Shown here one piece after another: positions 18,855 through 28,104 of a stretch of DNA of 64,000 bases (the stretch's first letter is position 1; every line of letters begins with the position of its first letter). The translations under genes and the position numbers were made by a program. This DNA is from an uncultured Clostridium sp. (GTDB lineage: Bacteria; Bacillota; Clostridia; TANB77; CAG-508): NCBI GenBank assembly GCA_948470875.1, contig CAOKQM010000002.1, forward strand, positions 9,233-73,232, in the 5' to 3' direction. The notes beneath the pieces were generated by a model. It was not told where the DNA came from. It made no database searches and saw only the letters and a list, made by a program, of their open reading frames with translations.

Positions 18855-19289
18855 ATGGACGAGTTAAATGATATTTACAATGATTTAATTATGGAACATA
18901 GCATGAATTCGTATAACAAGAAGAAGTTGGAGAAATGCGATTTTTGTCAAATGGGACATAATCCAAATTGTGGTGATGAAATATCACTTGAAATGAAATT
19001 AAATGGAAATGTGATAGAAGATATGGCGTTTACGGGTCATGGTTGCGCGATTTCTTTAAGTTCGACTTCTATTATGATTGATACTTTAAAAGGCAAAACA
19101 ATTGAGCAAGCTAAAGAAATTATAAAAACATTTATTGAGATGATAAAAAGAGAAGAAACAAAGGAAGAGAATTTGAAAAAATTAGAAGATGCGATTGCAT
19201 TTCGCAATATATCAAACATGCCTGCACGCGTCAAATGTGCATTACTAGCGTGGCATACAATAGAAGATATGTTAGATAAAAAGGAATAA
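18855..19289 (+). CDS. sufU: SufU/IscU-like sulfur-transfer scaffold
   Basis: NPNCGDE, GHGCAIS and RVKCALLAW motifs. Confidence 0.9.
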   Translation: MDELNDIYNDLIMEHSMNSYNKKKLEKCDFCQMGHNPNCGDEISLEMKLNGNVIEDMAFTGHGCAISLSSTSIMIDTLKGKTIEQAKEIIKTFIEMIKREETKEENLKKLEDAIAFRNISNMPARVKCALLAWHTIEDMLDKKE

Positions 19290-19293
19290 AAAA

Positions 19294-20350
19294 ATGGGAA
19301 ATAAAAGAGTTTTATTAGGTATGAGTGGTGGCGTGGATAGCTCTGTTTCTGCGCTACTTCTGAAAAAACAAGGGTATGAAGTAATTGGTACAACACTTGA
19401 ATTGTTTGCAGGAAGCAGTTGCTGTGATACAAATACGTATTTAGAAGCAAAAAATCTATGCAAACAAATTGGAATTGAGCACTTTACATATGATTATAAA
19501 AAGGAATTTCAAAAGTATATAATAAATGATTTTGTGGAGGCATATGCCAATTGCAAAACGCCAAATCCTTGTATTGAATGCAACAAATATATGAAATTTG
19601 GTGTGATGTGGCAAAAGGCGCAAGAATTGGGTTGTGATTTTATTGCAACTGGGCATTATGCTAAAACAGAATATAGCGAAAAATATGGCAAATGGGTTTT
19701 GAAAAAGTCCGAAAATGCGAAAAAAGATCAGAGTTATGTTTTATGGAGTTTGCCCAAAAAATTGATTGAGTATGTTTTGTTTCCACTTGCCAACTTTGAG
19801 TCCAAAGAGCAAATTCGTGAAATTGCGCGAAATCATCATTTAAAAGTAGCCAATAAGCCAGATAGTGAGGATATTTGTTTTGTACCAGATGGAAATTATA
19901 AGAAATTTTTAGAAAGTCATTCGGAAATTAAACCAAAAGCAGGAAATATTGTAAATAGCAAAGGGGAGATTTTAGGGAAACATAACGGTTTATACCATTA
20001 TACGATTGGGCAAAGAAAAGGTCTTGGAATTTCAAATCCAGTTCCATTGTTTGTTTTGGGATTTGATAAAGCAAAAAATGAAGTAATTGTTGGAGAAGAA
20101 AAAGAACTTTATCGACAAGAAACGACGGTTGCAGACATAAATTTATTGTTAGTGGATGCTTTGGAAAAAGAAATGGAAGTTCAAGTCAAAACAAGATATT
20201 CTTCTAAAATGGCAAAGGCAAAGATTAAGCAAGAAGCAAAAAACATAAAAGTTGTTTTTGATGAGCCACAAAGAGCAATAACGCCAGGACAATCAGCTGT
20301 TTTTTATGAAGGAGATGTAGTTGTTCGGTGGTGGAAAAATTATCAAATAA
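19294..20350 (+). CDS. mnmA: tRNA 2-thiouridine(34) synthase MnmA; frame break at in-frame CGG 20326-20328
   Basis: PP-loop GMSGGVDSS, catalytic Cys contexts. The 0 frame ends ..VVRWWKNYQIRR*. Skipping C20326 gives the family-typical ..FYEGDVVVGGGKIIK*, stopping at 20350. Confidence 0.85.
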
Positions 20351-20360
20351 GGAGATAAAA

Positions 20361-20636
20361 ATGTCAAAAGGAATTATAGTACTTGCATTTGCAGGAACAG
20401 GAAAAACAAGTTGTGCCAAAAAACATAGCAATGTGTATGATTTTGACTATTTGCTATATAAATATAGTTATCCGAAGGAAATAATGGAAACAAAAACGTT
20501 TGAGGAATTTAAACCAATTTATATGAAACGATATCAAAATAGAAGAACGCATTCAGAATGGATAGACAGGATGAATGAAAATTTTGAAAAAAATGTCGAG
20601 AGTCTTAAAAAAGGAATGTTCCAAAAATTATTTTAA
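20361..20636 (+). CDS. Small P-loop protein of unknown function
   Basis: AAGGAG RBS. Walker-A-like AFAGTGKTS. Confidence 0.4.
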   Translation: MSKGIIVLAFAGTGKTSCAKKHSNVYDFDYLLYKYSYPKEIMETKTFEEFKPIYMKRYQNRRTHSEWIDRMNENFEKNVESLKKGMFQKLF

Positions 20637-20718
20637 AAGAAAATGAAACATTGGAATATAAATTAAAGCAAATGGGTATGATTGAATAACTAAAATTATA
20701 AAGAGAGGAGAGGAAAAT

Positions 20719-23251
20719 ATGCAAAAAATGAAGTTTGCAATTCAAGGCATGACATGTAGCAGTTGTCAAGCACATGTGGAAAAAGCGGTTCAGAAGTTAG
20801 CAGGCGTGCAAAACGTAAGTGTCAATTTGCTTTCCAATGATATGACAGTTGAATACGACGACAACATTTTAGATAACGACAAAATCATAAAAGCCGTGAT
20901 AGATGCAGGATATGGGGCAAGTATTAAAAATATAGAAAACCAAAAGCATAATCCCAAAGAAAAGAAACTTGACAACAAAAGTGTTCTAAAATCCATGAAA
21001 AAAAGGTTGATTTTATCACTTGTTTTCTGGATTCCGCTGATGTATCTTGCCATGTATCACATGTTTTATGAATGGTTTGGCTTGCCAATTCCCCAATTTA
21101 TGTTGGAAACATTTCATGGAACAGAAAATGCGATTAGTTTTGGTTTTATGCAATTTTTGCTTTTATTGCCAATCGTATATGTTAACCGAAATTATTTTAT
21201 TGTTGGTCTAAAAAGGCTTGCTAAAAGAGCGCCAAACATGGATTCTTTGATTGCTATTGGGAGTTCAGCTGCGATTTTTTATGGAATTTATGCTATTTTT
21301 ATGATTGGGTATGGGTTAGGACATCACCAAATCCAACTAGCTGAGCATTTTTCAATGGATTTGTACTTTGAATCTGCTGGAACTATTTTAACATTAATAA
21401 CAGTTGGTAAATATTTAGAAACAAAATCGAAAAATAAGACCAGTGACGCTATTAGTAAACTAATGAATTTAGCCCCTAAAACAGCAATTGTTTTGCGAAA
21501 TAATCAAGAAGTTGAAATAGCAGTAGAAGAAATTTTGGTGGGGGATATGATTATCATTAAACCTGGAGGAAGTATTCCTGTGGACGGAATTGTAGTCGAA
21601 GGAAGTTCGTTGGTGGATCAAGCAAGCATAACAGGAGAAAGCATTCCAGTTCAAAAAAGTAAGGGCGATACAGTTGTTTCAGGAACAATTAACAAAAATG
21701 GCTATTTTAGAATGAAAGCAACAAAAGTTGGAAAAGATACTACCCTTTCACAAATTATTCAGTTGGTGGAAGAAGCAGGAAATTCTAAAGCGCCAATTGC
21801 AAGATTAGCAGATAAAGTAAGTGGAGTTTTTGTGCCTTGTGTGATAACGATTGCGTTTTTAGCAAGTATTTTTTGGATTTTGCAAGGGCAAAGTTTTGAA
21901 TTTGCCCTAAGTATTGGAATTGCTGTTTTGGTGATTTCGTGTCCATGCGCTTTGGGACTAGCGACACCAGTTGCAATTATGGTTGGAACTGGCAAAGCTT
22001 CTGAAAATGGAATATTAATAAAATCCGCAGAAAGCTTGGAATTATTGCATTTGGTGGATACAGTTGTACTTGACAAAACAGGTACAATTACAAAACGGAA
22101 AACCGAAAGTAATTGAGATTGTTTCTAAAATAGAAGAAAATGAATTATTGCAAATTGCAGGAAGTTTGGAACAAAATTCGGAACATCCTTTGGCAGAAGC
22201 AATTTTGGAAAAAATCAAAGAAACAGAAATTGAACCATTTACAGTAGAAGAATTCAGTAGTGTTTCTGGAAGAGGAGTTTTTGGAAGGATACAACACAAG
22301 CTTTATTTTGGTGGAAATTTGGCATTTATGAAAGAAAATGCAATTGATACACAGGAAATAGAAAATGATACAAATGAATTTTTAAAGCAGGGAAAAACGG
22401 TTCTTTATTTTGCAAATGAGAAAAGTGTAATTGGTGCTATTAGCGTGGCAGATACGATAAAGGAAACGAGTTATGAAGCCATTCAAAATTTAAAAAGAAA
22501 ACAAATAGAAGTTGTTATGCTAACTGGTGATAATAGTGTAGTTGCGGATTCAATAGGAAAAAAATTGGGACTTGACAAAGTGATTTCTGAAGTGCTGCCA
22601 CAGGAAAAAGAACGAGAAATTTCAAAATTGCAAGAACAAGGCAAAAAAGTAGCATTTGTAGGAGATGGAATTAACGATAGTCCCGCATTAGTCAAAGCAG
22701 ATGTTGGATTAGCAATTGCCTCTGGAACAGATATTGCAATGGATTCGGCAGATATTGTACTAATGAAAAATAATTTGCTTGATGTAGCTACTGCGATTGA
22801 TTTAAGCAAAGCAGTTATTCGCAATATAAAAATGAATTTATTTTGGGCATTTTTTTATAATTGTGTGGGGATTCCAATTGCGGCAGGCGTATTTTATTTG
22901 GGATTTGGGTTAAAATTAAATCCGATGATAGGTGCGCTAGCTATGAGTCTAAGTTCAGTTTGTGTTGTAACAAATGCTTTAAGATTACGAAAATTTAAAT
23001 CTGTAGTAGAGACACCAAAAATAAAACAAAATAAAAAGGAGGAAAAAATAATGATAAAAACAATTTTTGTTGAAGGAATGCAATGTAACCATTGTAAAAT
23101 GAGTGTGGAGAAGGCATTAGGAGCAATTGAGGGAGTAGAAAAAGTAGAAGTTAGTTTAGAAGAGAAAAAAGCTGTGATAGAAATGACGAAAGAAATTGAA
23201 GATAATAAAATAAAAGAAGTCATTGAAGAAGCTGGATTTACAGTAAAATAA
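20719..23251 (+). CDS. copA: Copper-translocating P1B-type ATPase with N-terminal and extra C-terminal HMA domains; frame break at in-frame CGG 22096-22098
   Basis: GMTCSSC HMA, CPC motif SCPCALGLATP, phosphorylation motif DKTGTIT, then CGG. The +1 frame continues GKPKVIEIV..SEHPLA..GDGINDSPAL. The C-terminal HMA carries GMQCNHC. Confidence 0.88.
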
Positions 23252-23311
23252 AAGGAGAGAAGATTCGTTAAGTTGGTGTTTATGAAGGAAAGTTTTTGCT
23301 TGCAAAAATAA

Positions 23312-23344
23312 AAACAGGTACTTAAAATTAAGTACCTGTTTGTT
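23312..23344 (+). terminator. Rho-independent terminator after copA
   Basis: 12-bp stem AAACAGGTACTT / AAGTACCTGTTT. Confidence 0.7.
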
Positions 23345-23429
23345 AGAACTAGTGATTAGCACAAGGGCAATAATAAAAACCTCTGGCGTCTAACTCATTT
23401 TGTGATATAATTTAGTAAAAGGAGAGTTT

Positions 23430-24108
23430 ATGCAAAATCAATTTTCAAGAACAGAAATTTTAATTGGAAAAGAAAAAGTCGAAAAGTTGCAAAAAAGGAA
23501 AGTTGCCATTTTTGGAATTGGCGGAGTTGGTTCATATGTTGTGGAAGGCTTGGTAAGAGCTGGAGTTGGTCATTTTATTTTGGTTGACAATGACGAAATT
23601 GAGATAACAAATTTAAATCGCCAAATTATTGCAACAAGAAAAACAATGGGAAAATCAAAAGTGGAAGTTAGCAAAGAACGAATTTTAGAAATCAATCCAG
23701 AAGCAAAAGTGGAAATTTTTCAAGAGTTTTTTATGCCAGAGACACAAGGAATTTTGGATGAAAATGTGGATTATATTGTGGATTGTGTGGATACAGTTAC
23801 TGCAAAAATTGAGTTGGTTGTGCGAGCGAAAGACCAAAATATTCCGATTATTTCGAGTATGGGAACAGGAAATAAATTGGATCCAAGTAAATTTGAAGTA
23901 GCAGATATTTATCACACAAGTGTGTGTCCATTGGCTAGAGTTATGCGAAAAGAGCTAAAAGTGAGAAATATTCACAGTTTGAAAGTTGTGTATTCTAAAG
24001 AAGAACCAATAAAAGTAGAAAGTTATGTGCCGCGGGAGCATTTCATTTGTGCCTTCTGTTGCAGGTTTAATCATAGCTGGAGAAGTTGTAAAGGATTTAA
24101 TAAAATAG
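23430..24108 (+). CDS. tcdA: tRNA threonylcarbamoyladenosine dehydratase (ThiF/TcdA family); frame break at in-frame CGG 24033-24035
   Basis: Rossmann motif FGIGGVGS. The 0 frame runs on into the next gene. Skipping C24033 gives ..ESYVPGSISFVPSVAGLIIAGEVVKDLIK*, stopping at 24108. Confidence 0.82.
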
Positions 24109-24116
24109 GGGTTTTT

Positions 24117-24968
24117 ATGGAAAGATATGAAGAAATTGAAAAAAGTATTATAACCACTTATCGAAATAAAATTTGGACCAAATTTGTCAAAGGTGTCAAA
24201 GAGTTTGAGATGATTGCAAATGGTGATAAAATTGCGGTTTGCATTTCTGGTGGAAAAGATTCCATGCTGATGGCGAAATGTTTTCAAGAGCTGAAAAAGC
24301 ATCGAAAAATGGATTTTGAGCTGGTTTTTTTGGTGATGAATCCAGGCTATAATGAAGAAAATACGCGCAAAATCATCGAAAATGCCAAAATTATGAATCT
24401 TCCGATTATCATGTTTGATACAGATATTTTTAATCGTGTTGTGAATATTGATGACCATCCATGTTACATTTGTGCAAGAATGAGAAGAGGTTATTTGTAT
24501 GAAAAAGCACAAGAATTGGGCTGTAATAAAATTGCATTAGGTCACCATTTTAATGATGTGATTGAAACAACTTTAATGGGCATGCTTTATGGAGCCCAAA
24601 TGCAAACTATGATGCCAAAAGTATGTAGCACATCTCATCCAGGCATGGAACTTATTCGACCACTTTATTATGTAAAGGAAGAAAATATCATTCGTTGGGC
24701 AAAACGAAATGAGTTGGAATTTATTCAGTGCGCTTGTCGATTTACAGAGCATTATACAGCTTGTCATAATCAAGATGGAAGCTCAAAACGTGAAGAAATA
24801 AAATGTCTGATTAAAGATTTAAGAAAAAAGTATGAAAATATTGATATCAATATTTTTAGAAGTAGTCAAAATGTGAATTTAGATACTTTAATTTCGTATC
24901 GAAAAAACGGAAAAACAGTCCATTTTTTAGAGGAATATGGAAAAAAAGGAGGAGAAAATGGCAAATAA
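24117..24968 (+). CDS. TtcA/TilS-type PP-loop ATPase (tRNA 2-thiocytidine synthase-like)
   Basis: PP-loop CISGGKDS. Cys motifs CYICARMRR and CACRF. Own ATG 9 nt after the restored tcdA stop. Confidence 0.75.
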   Translation: MERYEEIEKSIITTYRNKIWTKFVKGVKEFEMIANGDKIAVCISGGKDSMLMAKCFQELKKHRKMDFELVFLVMNPGYNEENTRKIIENAKIMNLPIIMFDTDIFNRVVNIDDHPCYICARMRRGYLYEKAQELGCNKIALGHHFNDVIETTLMGMLYGAQMQTMMPKVCSTSHPGMELIRPLYYVKEENIIRWAKRNELEFIQCACRFTEHYTACHNQDGSSKREEIKCLIKDLRKKYENIDINIFRSSQNVNLDTLISYRKNGKTVHFLEEYGKKGGENGK

Positions 24969-25116
24969 AGATGAACGAGATGTAAAGGAAATTTTAGCTA
25001 AAACAACATGTCGAGGGTGTTATCAGCACTGTATTTTAATAGCGCCTTGTTGTGGTAGAAGTGAAATATTCATAAAAGAAGTAAAAGATCGACTAAAAAC
25101 GGATGTAGATTCTTGA
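24958..25116 (+). CDS. Small Cys-rich protein (52 aa), translationally coupled to the ttcA-like gene
   Basis: AAAGGAGGAGAAA RBS. The ATG overlaps the ttcA-like stop. Five Cys in CRGCYQHCILIAPCC. Below the ORF-track length cutoff. Confidence 0.4.
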   Translation: MANKDERDVKEILAKTTCRGCYQHCILIAPCCGRSEIFIKEVKDRLKTDVDS

Positions 25117-25175
25117 CAGATTTAAGGAAAAATGATAATATAAACTACAATTTTTTTGCTGAAGGAGTGATAAAT

Positions 25176-25739
25176 ATGCCTAAATTTGTGTTGATATGTG
25201 GTCCACAAGCGGTTGGAAAAATGACAGTAGGACAAGAACTTTCTAAGATAACAAATTTGAAATTATTACATAATCATATGACAATTGAATTATTACTGAA
25301 AATATTTGAGCATGGAACACTTGAATTTAGAGAGCTTGATAAATTATTTCGAATGGAGATATTTAAAAAGGTTGCTGAAAGTGATTTAGAAGGCATAATT
25401 TTTACGTGGTGTTGGGCATTTGATTTGCAGGAAGATTGGCAATATATAGACGAAATTTTTACCATTTTTAGAAAAAAACATTGTGAAATTATCATTGTTG
25501 AATTGGAAACAACTTTGGAAGAGAGGTTAAAAAGGAATACAACTTCAAATCGATTGCAAAATAAGCCATCAAAGCGAAATTTGGAATGGAGCCAGAAAGA
25601 GATTTTGCGAAGTATGGATAAATATAGGTTGAATTCTTATCCAGATGAAATAAAGGAGAAAAATTATCTAAAAATCGACAATACAAAACTTTCTCCAGAA
25701 GAAGTAGCTCATAGGATAAAGGATAAATTTAAACTATAA
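25176..25739 (+). CDS. P-loop kinase/AAA-like ATPase of unknown specificity
   Basis: GAAGGAG RBS. Walker A CGPQAVGKMT. Confidence 0.5.
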   Translation: MPKFVLICGPQAVGKMTVGQELSKITNLKLLHNHMTIELLLKIFEHGTLEFRELDKLFRMEIFKKVAESDLEGIIFTWCWAFDLQEDWQYIDEIFTIFRKKHCEIIIVELETTLEERLKRNTTSNRLQNKPSKRNLEWSQKEILRSMDKYRLNSYPDEIKEKNYLKIDNTKLSPEEVAHRIKDKFKL

Positions 25740-25804
25740 AAATTTTTTTATAAATAATTGCAATATTGCATGTATGATTCTATCCTGTAAATAGTTAATA
25801 AAAT

Positions 25805-25849
25805 AAGGAGCATAAATTTTAAAATGAAGGAATACAAATTATGCTCCTT
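25805..25849. terminator. Possible bidirectional terminator between convergent genes
   Basis: 11-bp stem AAGGAGCATAA / TTATGCTCCTT with a large loop and T-rich flanks. Confidence 0.4.
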
Positions 25850-25872
25850 TTATGTAAGTAATGGTAGCAACT

Positions 25873-27177
25873 TTAAGAAGTATGAATTTCTAGTTGTTGT
25901 GAAAAATAGTCATCATTTTTCGTAGTATGTAAATTTAAATTTGAATTTTTGTCTAAAATTTGTTTTACTTCCCATAAACCTAGACCAGTATTGTCAGGTT
26001 TTGTCGTAAAATCTTTTTCAAAAATCTGGTCAATTGAAATTTCTTTATTGTTATAGGTATTTTTTACAGTAAGTAATTTTTTAAATTCGTTTTCTTTAAA
26101 AGAAATATTGATATTTTTTTCTTCACATTCTTTTGAAGCTTCAATTGCATTGTCTAATAAAATTCCCAAGATTCTACTTAATTCATAATTCTCAATGCTT
26201 AGATGATTAAAATCTGAAGTAATATCAAAATCAATATGTATGTTATGGTCATTTGCAGTACGGTATTTATCAACTAAAATATTGTAAATAGGCGGATTAT
26301 CAATTAGTTTTTCACTTAAACTCAAAAGATTGTTAGAGGTTACACGTTCTTTTGTTATGCGTTTGTAAAACTTTTTTAATTCTGCCATATTGTTTGTTGA
26401 GATGTATCCACCAATGGCTTGAAGAATATTGTGAAAGTCATGGTTAAAGGTACGATTTTCATCATGTAAAGCTAAAACAGTTTTGCTATATAATTTTAGG
26501 TGATGTATGGTTTCTTTTAAATAACTTGTATAACAAATGTTAGCAATAGTGCTGCAAGAAATGTAAAAATATAAATCTATCCATAAAAGGTAAAATATAT
26601 TTTGACTGAATTGTTCAGCTATTAAAAGAGAAATTCCTAAATTTAAAATAGATAAAACTGTAATTAGGTTTGCTTTTTCTTTCATGGATTTATGAAAAAG
26701 GCTATCCCCTTTAAAGTTTTTGCTCAAATGGTAAATAGTAATCGCAATACCAGATAAAACAACAGTTGAAGCAATTATTGAAATTGGCAATTCCATGATT
26801 TTAGAATAAGAGGTAAGGTTTGTTGTATGGGTTATAATATTAAAAATGAGGTATTGGATATTTAGCATAAACATTGATTTTATACTAAAATAAGCTAAAG
26901 TTTTAAAAACGGGAACTTTGAGCAAAAAAATCATAAGTAGTATAGAAGTTGTTAATACAGCAAAATAACTACATTCATAAAGTACGAATGGACTAATAAG
27001 AGCGAAACAAAGTGTGTTTAGTAAAACGTATAATCCTTGATTTTTCTTAGAAAATTTCAATTTTAAAATTTTTTGGAAAAAGAATAAAGATAATCCAATA
27101 AAAATTATTTCTGAAATTGTCGAAAAAATAAAATTTTTGTCGAATAGAAATTTTTCGCATAAATTTAACAAATACAT
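25873..27177 (-). CDS. AgrC/ComD-like (GHKL) membrane sensor histidine kinase, no adjacent response regulator
   Basis: Multiple N-terminal TM segments. H-box-like HDFHNILQAI. N-box LLDNAIEA. G-box NTGLGLWEV. Confidence 0.75.
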   Translation of the reverse strand: MYLLNLCEKFLFDKNFIFSTISEIIFIGLSLFFFQKILKLKFSKKNQGLYVLLNTLCFALISPFVLYECSYFAVLTTSILLMIFLLKVPVFKTLAYFSIKSMFMLNIQYLIFNIITHTTNLTSYSKIMELPISIIASTVVLSGIAITIYHLSKNFKGDSLFHKSMKEKANLITVLSILNLGISLLIAEQFSQNIFYLLWIDLYFYISCSTIANICYTSYLKETIHHLKLYSKTVLALHDENRTFNHDFHNILQAIGGYISTNNMAELKKFYKRITKERVTSNNLLSLSEKLIDNPPIYNILVDKYRTANDHNIHIDFDITSDFNHLSIENYELSRILGILLDNAIEASKECEEKNINISFKENEFKKLLTVKNTYNNKEISIDQIFEKDFTTKPDNTGLGLWEVKQILDKNSNLNLHTTKNDDYFSQQLEIHTS

Positions 27178-27337
27178 AATTTTATTTCCTTTCTTTCTTA
27201 AAATAAATAATTACACAAGTAACAGTAACAACACTTTAAAACAAAATTTGGAATTTGTCAAGAGGATTTTGTAAAAAAAAATAATTTTTTTTAAGAAAAA
27301 GTCAAAACATGTTGAAAAAAGACAATTTTTAGAAAAT

Positions 27338-27381
27338 AAAAAATATAAAAGAAAAGGAAACAAATCCAGAGATTTGTTTCC
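27338..27381 (-). terminator. Rho-independent terminator (minus strand)
   Basis: 11-bp stem GGAAACAAATC / GATTTGTTTCC followed on the minus strand by a T-rich run. Confidence 0.75.
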
Positions 27382-27464
27382 ATAAAGATGGAATTTGAAA
27401 TTTTAGTTAGGAGATTCATTTTTTAACACAGCTAACAGTTTGTGTCTCTGCCTCAGACAAGAAA

Positions 27465-27887
27465 TCAAACATACCGGGAGAAAATTACTGTAGATGTAGT
27501 CTTTAAAATGTCTGGATTTCCAGTAAAGCTAACTTTGTAGACTCCAGCTGGAAAAGCAAAGTTATAAGTAGTTACGCCTCCATCGGCGTTAAAAATGAAG
27601 GTTTGACTAAAGGCACCGCCATAAGTTTTGTCTACAATATGGCAGACTACTTTATCGACCGTATCTCCTTCACAAGTGCCACAAAAAGACACAATGTCAC
27701 AGTTTGAGTCAATAGAAATTGGTTCTGGTGTACTACGGTCTGTGAAGTTTTTTTCGATAAAAGCAGAAATATCCATATAGCCACCTGCCTGGGCATTTAC
27801 TGGAGCAACTGCAATGAGCATAATAGCTAATAAAGCTGCTATGATTTTTTTTGCTTTCTGTTTCTGTTTCTTTTTCATCTTTATCAT
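27465..27887 (-). CDS. Secreted protein of unknown function; in-frame CGG three codons before the stop
   Basis: Lys-rich N-terminus plus signal peptide ..APVNAQA. Ends ..IFS-CGG(R)-YV*. The +1 frame from the CGG stays open for 19 more codons, with a stop at 27416. Confidence 0.6.
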   Translation of the reverse strand: MIKMKKKQKQKAKKIIAALLAIMLIAVAPVNAQAGGYMDISAFIEKNFTDRSTPEPISIDSNCDIVSFCGTCEGDTVDKVVCHIVDKTYGGAFSQTFIFNADGGVTTYNFAFPAGVYKVSFTGNPDILKTTSTVIFSRYV

Positions 27888-28031
27888 ATGTAATCCTCAT
27901 CAAAAATTCCATCTTTTTTGTAATTGCAGAGAAACGAATAGCAATTACAAAAAATATACAAAATTATTATAACACAAACAACAAGTAAATGTCGACATTT
28001 TGTGACGTATTTTTTTAAATTTTAAAAATAC

Positions 28032-28060
28032 TTGACAGTTTTTGTCAAATCATGTAAAAT
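28032..28060 (+). promoter_or_regulatory. Promoter with overlapping inverted repeat upstream of the blaI-like gene
   Basis: TTGACA, 17 nt spacer, TGTAAAAT. TTGACA-GTTTT-TGTCAA palindrome at 28032-28048. Confidence 0.55.
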
Positions 28061-28104
28061 AAAAGAGAAGGAATACGAAAGTTTAAAAAATAAGAGGTGT
28101 AAGT

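Noticed and set aside
20361-20636. Small P-loop gene as a truncated remnant of a larger kinase (a further frameshifted gene).
   Set aside because: No continuing ORF in another frame downstream and no CGG at its end. The evidence is insufficient to call it a pseudogene.
22090-22100. copA break (extra A in ACAAAAC) and the first cpaF break (extra T in GGTTGCC at 34501-34507), read as ordinary homopolymer sequencing errors.
   Set aside because: These are possible individually. However, the single rule 'skip the C of an in-frame CGG' explains these two and all five other breaks. None of the many A7 to A8 or T7 to T8 runs in coding regions shows a break. This is kept as an alternative to be tested with reads.
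23430-24968. 512-aa ORF from the track, read as a genuine bifunctional TcdA-TtcA fusion protein.
   Set aside because: The junction region (EHFICAFCC..) matches neither family. A +1 shift at the in-frame CGG restores the canonical TcdA C-terminus with a stop at 24108. The PP-loop gene has its own ATG at 24117.
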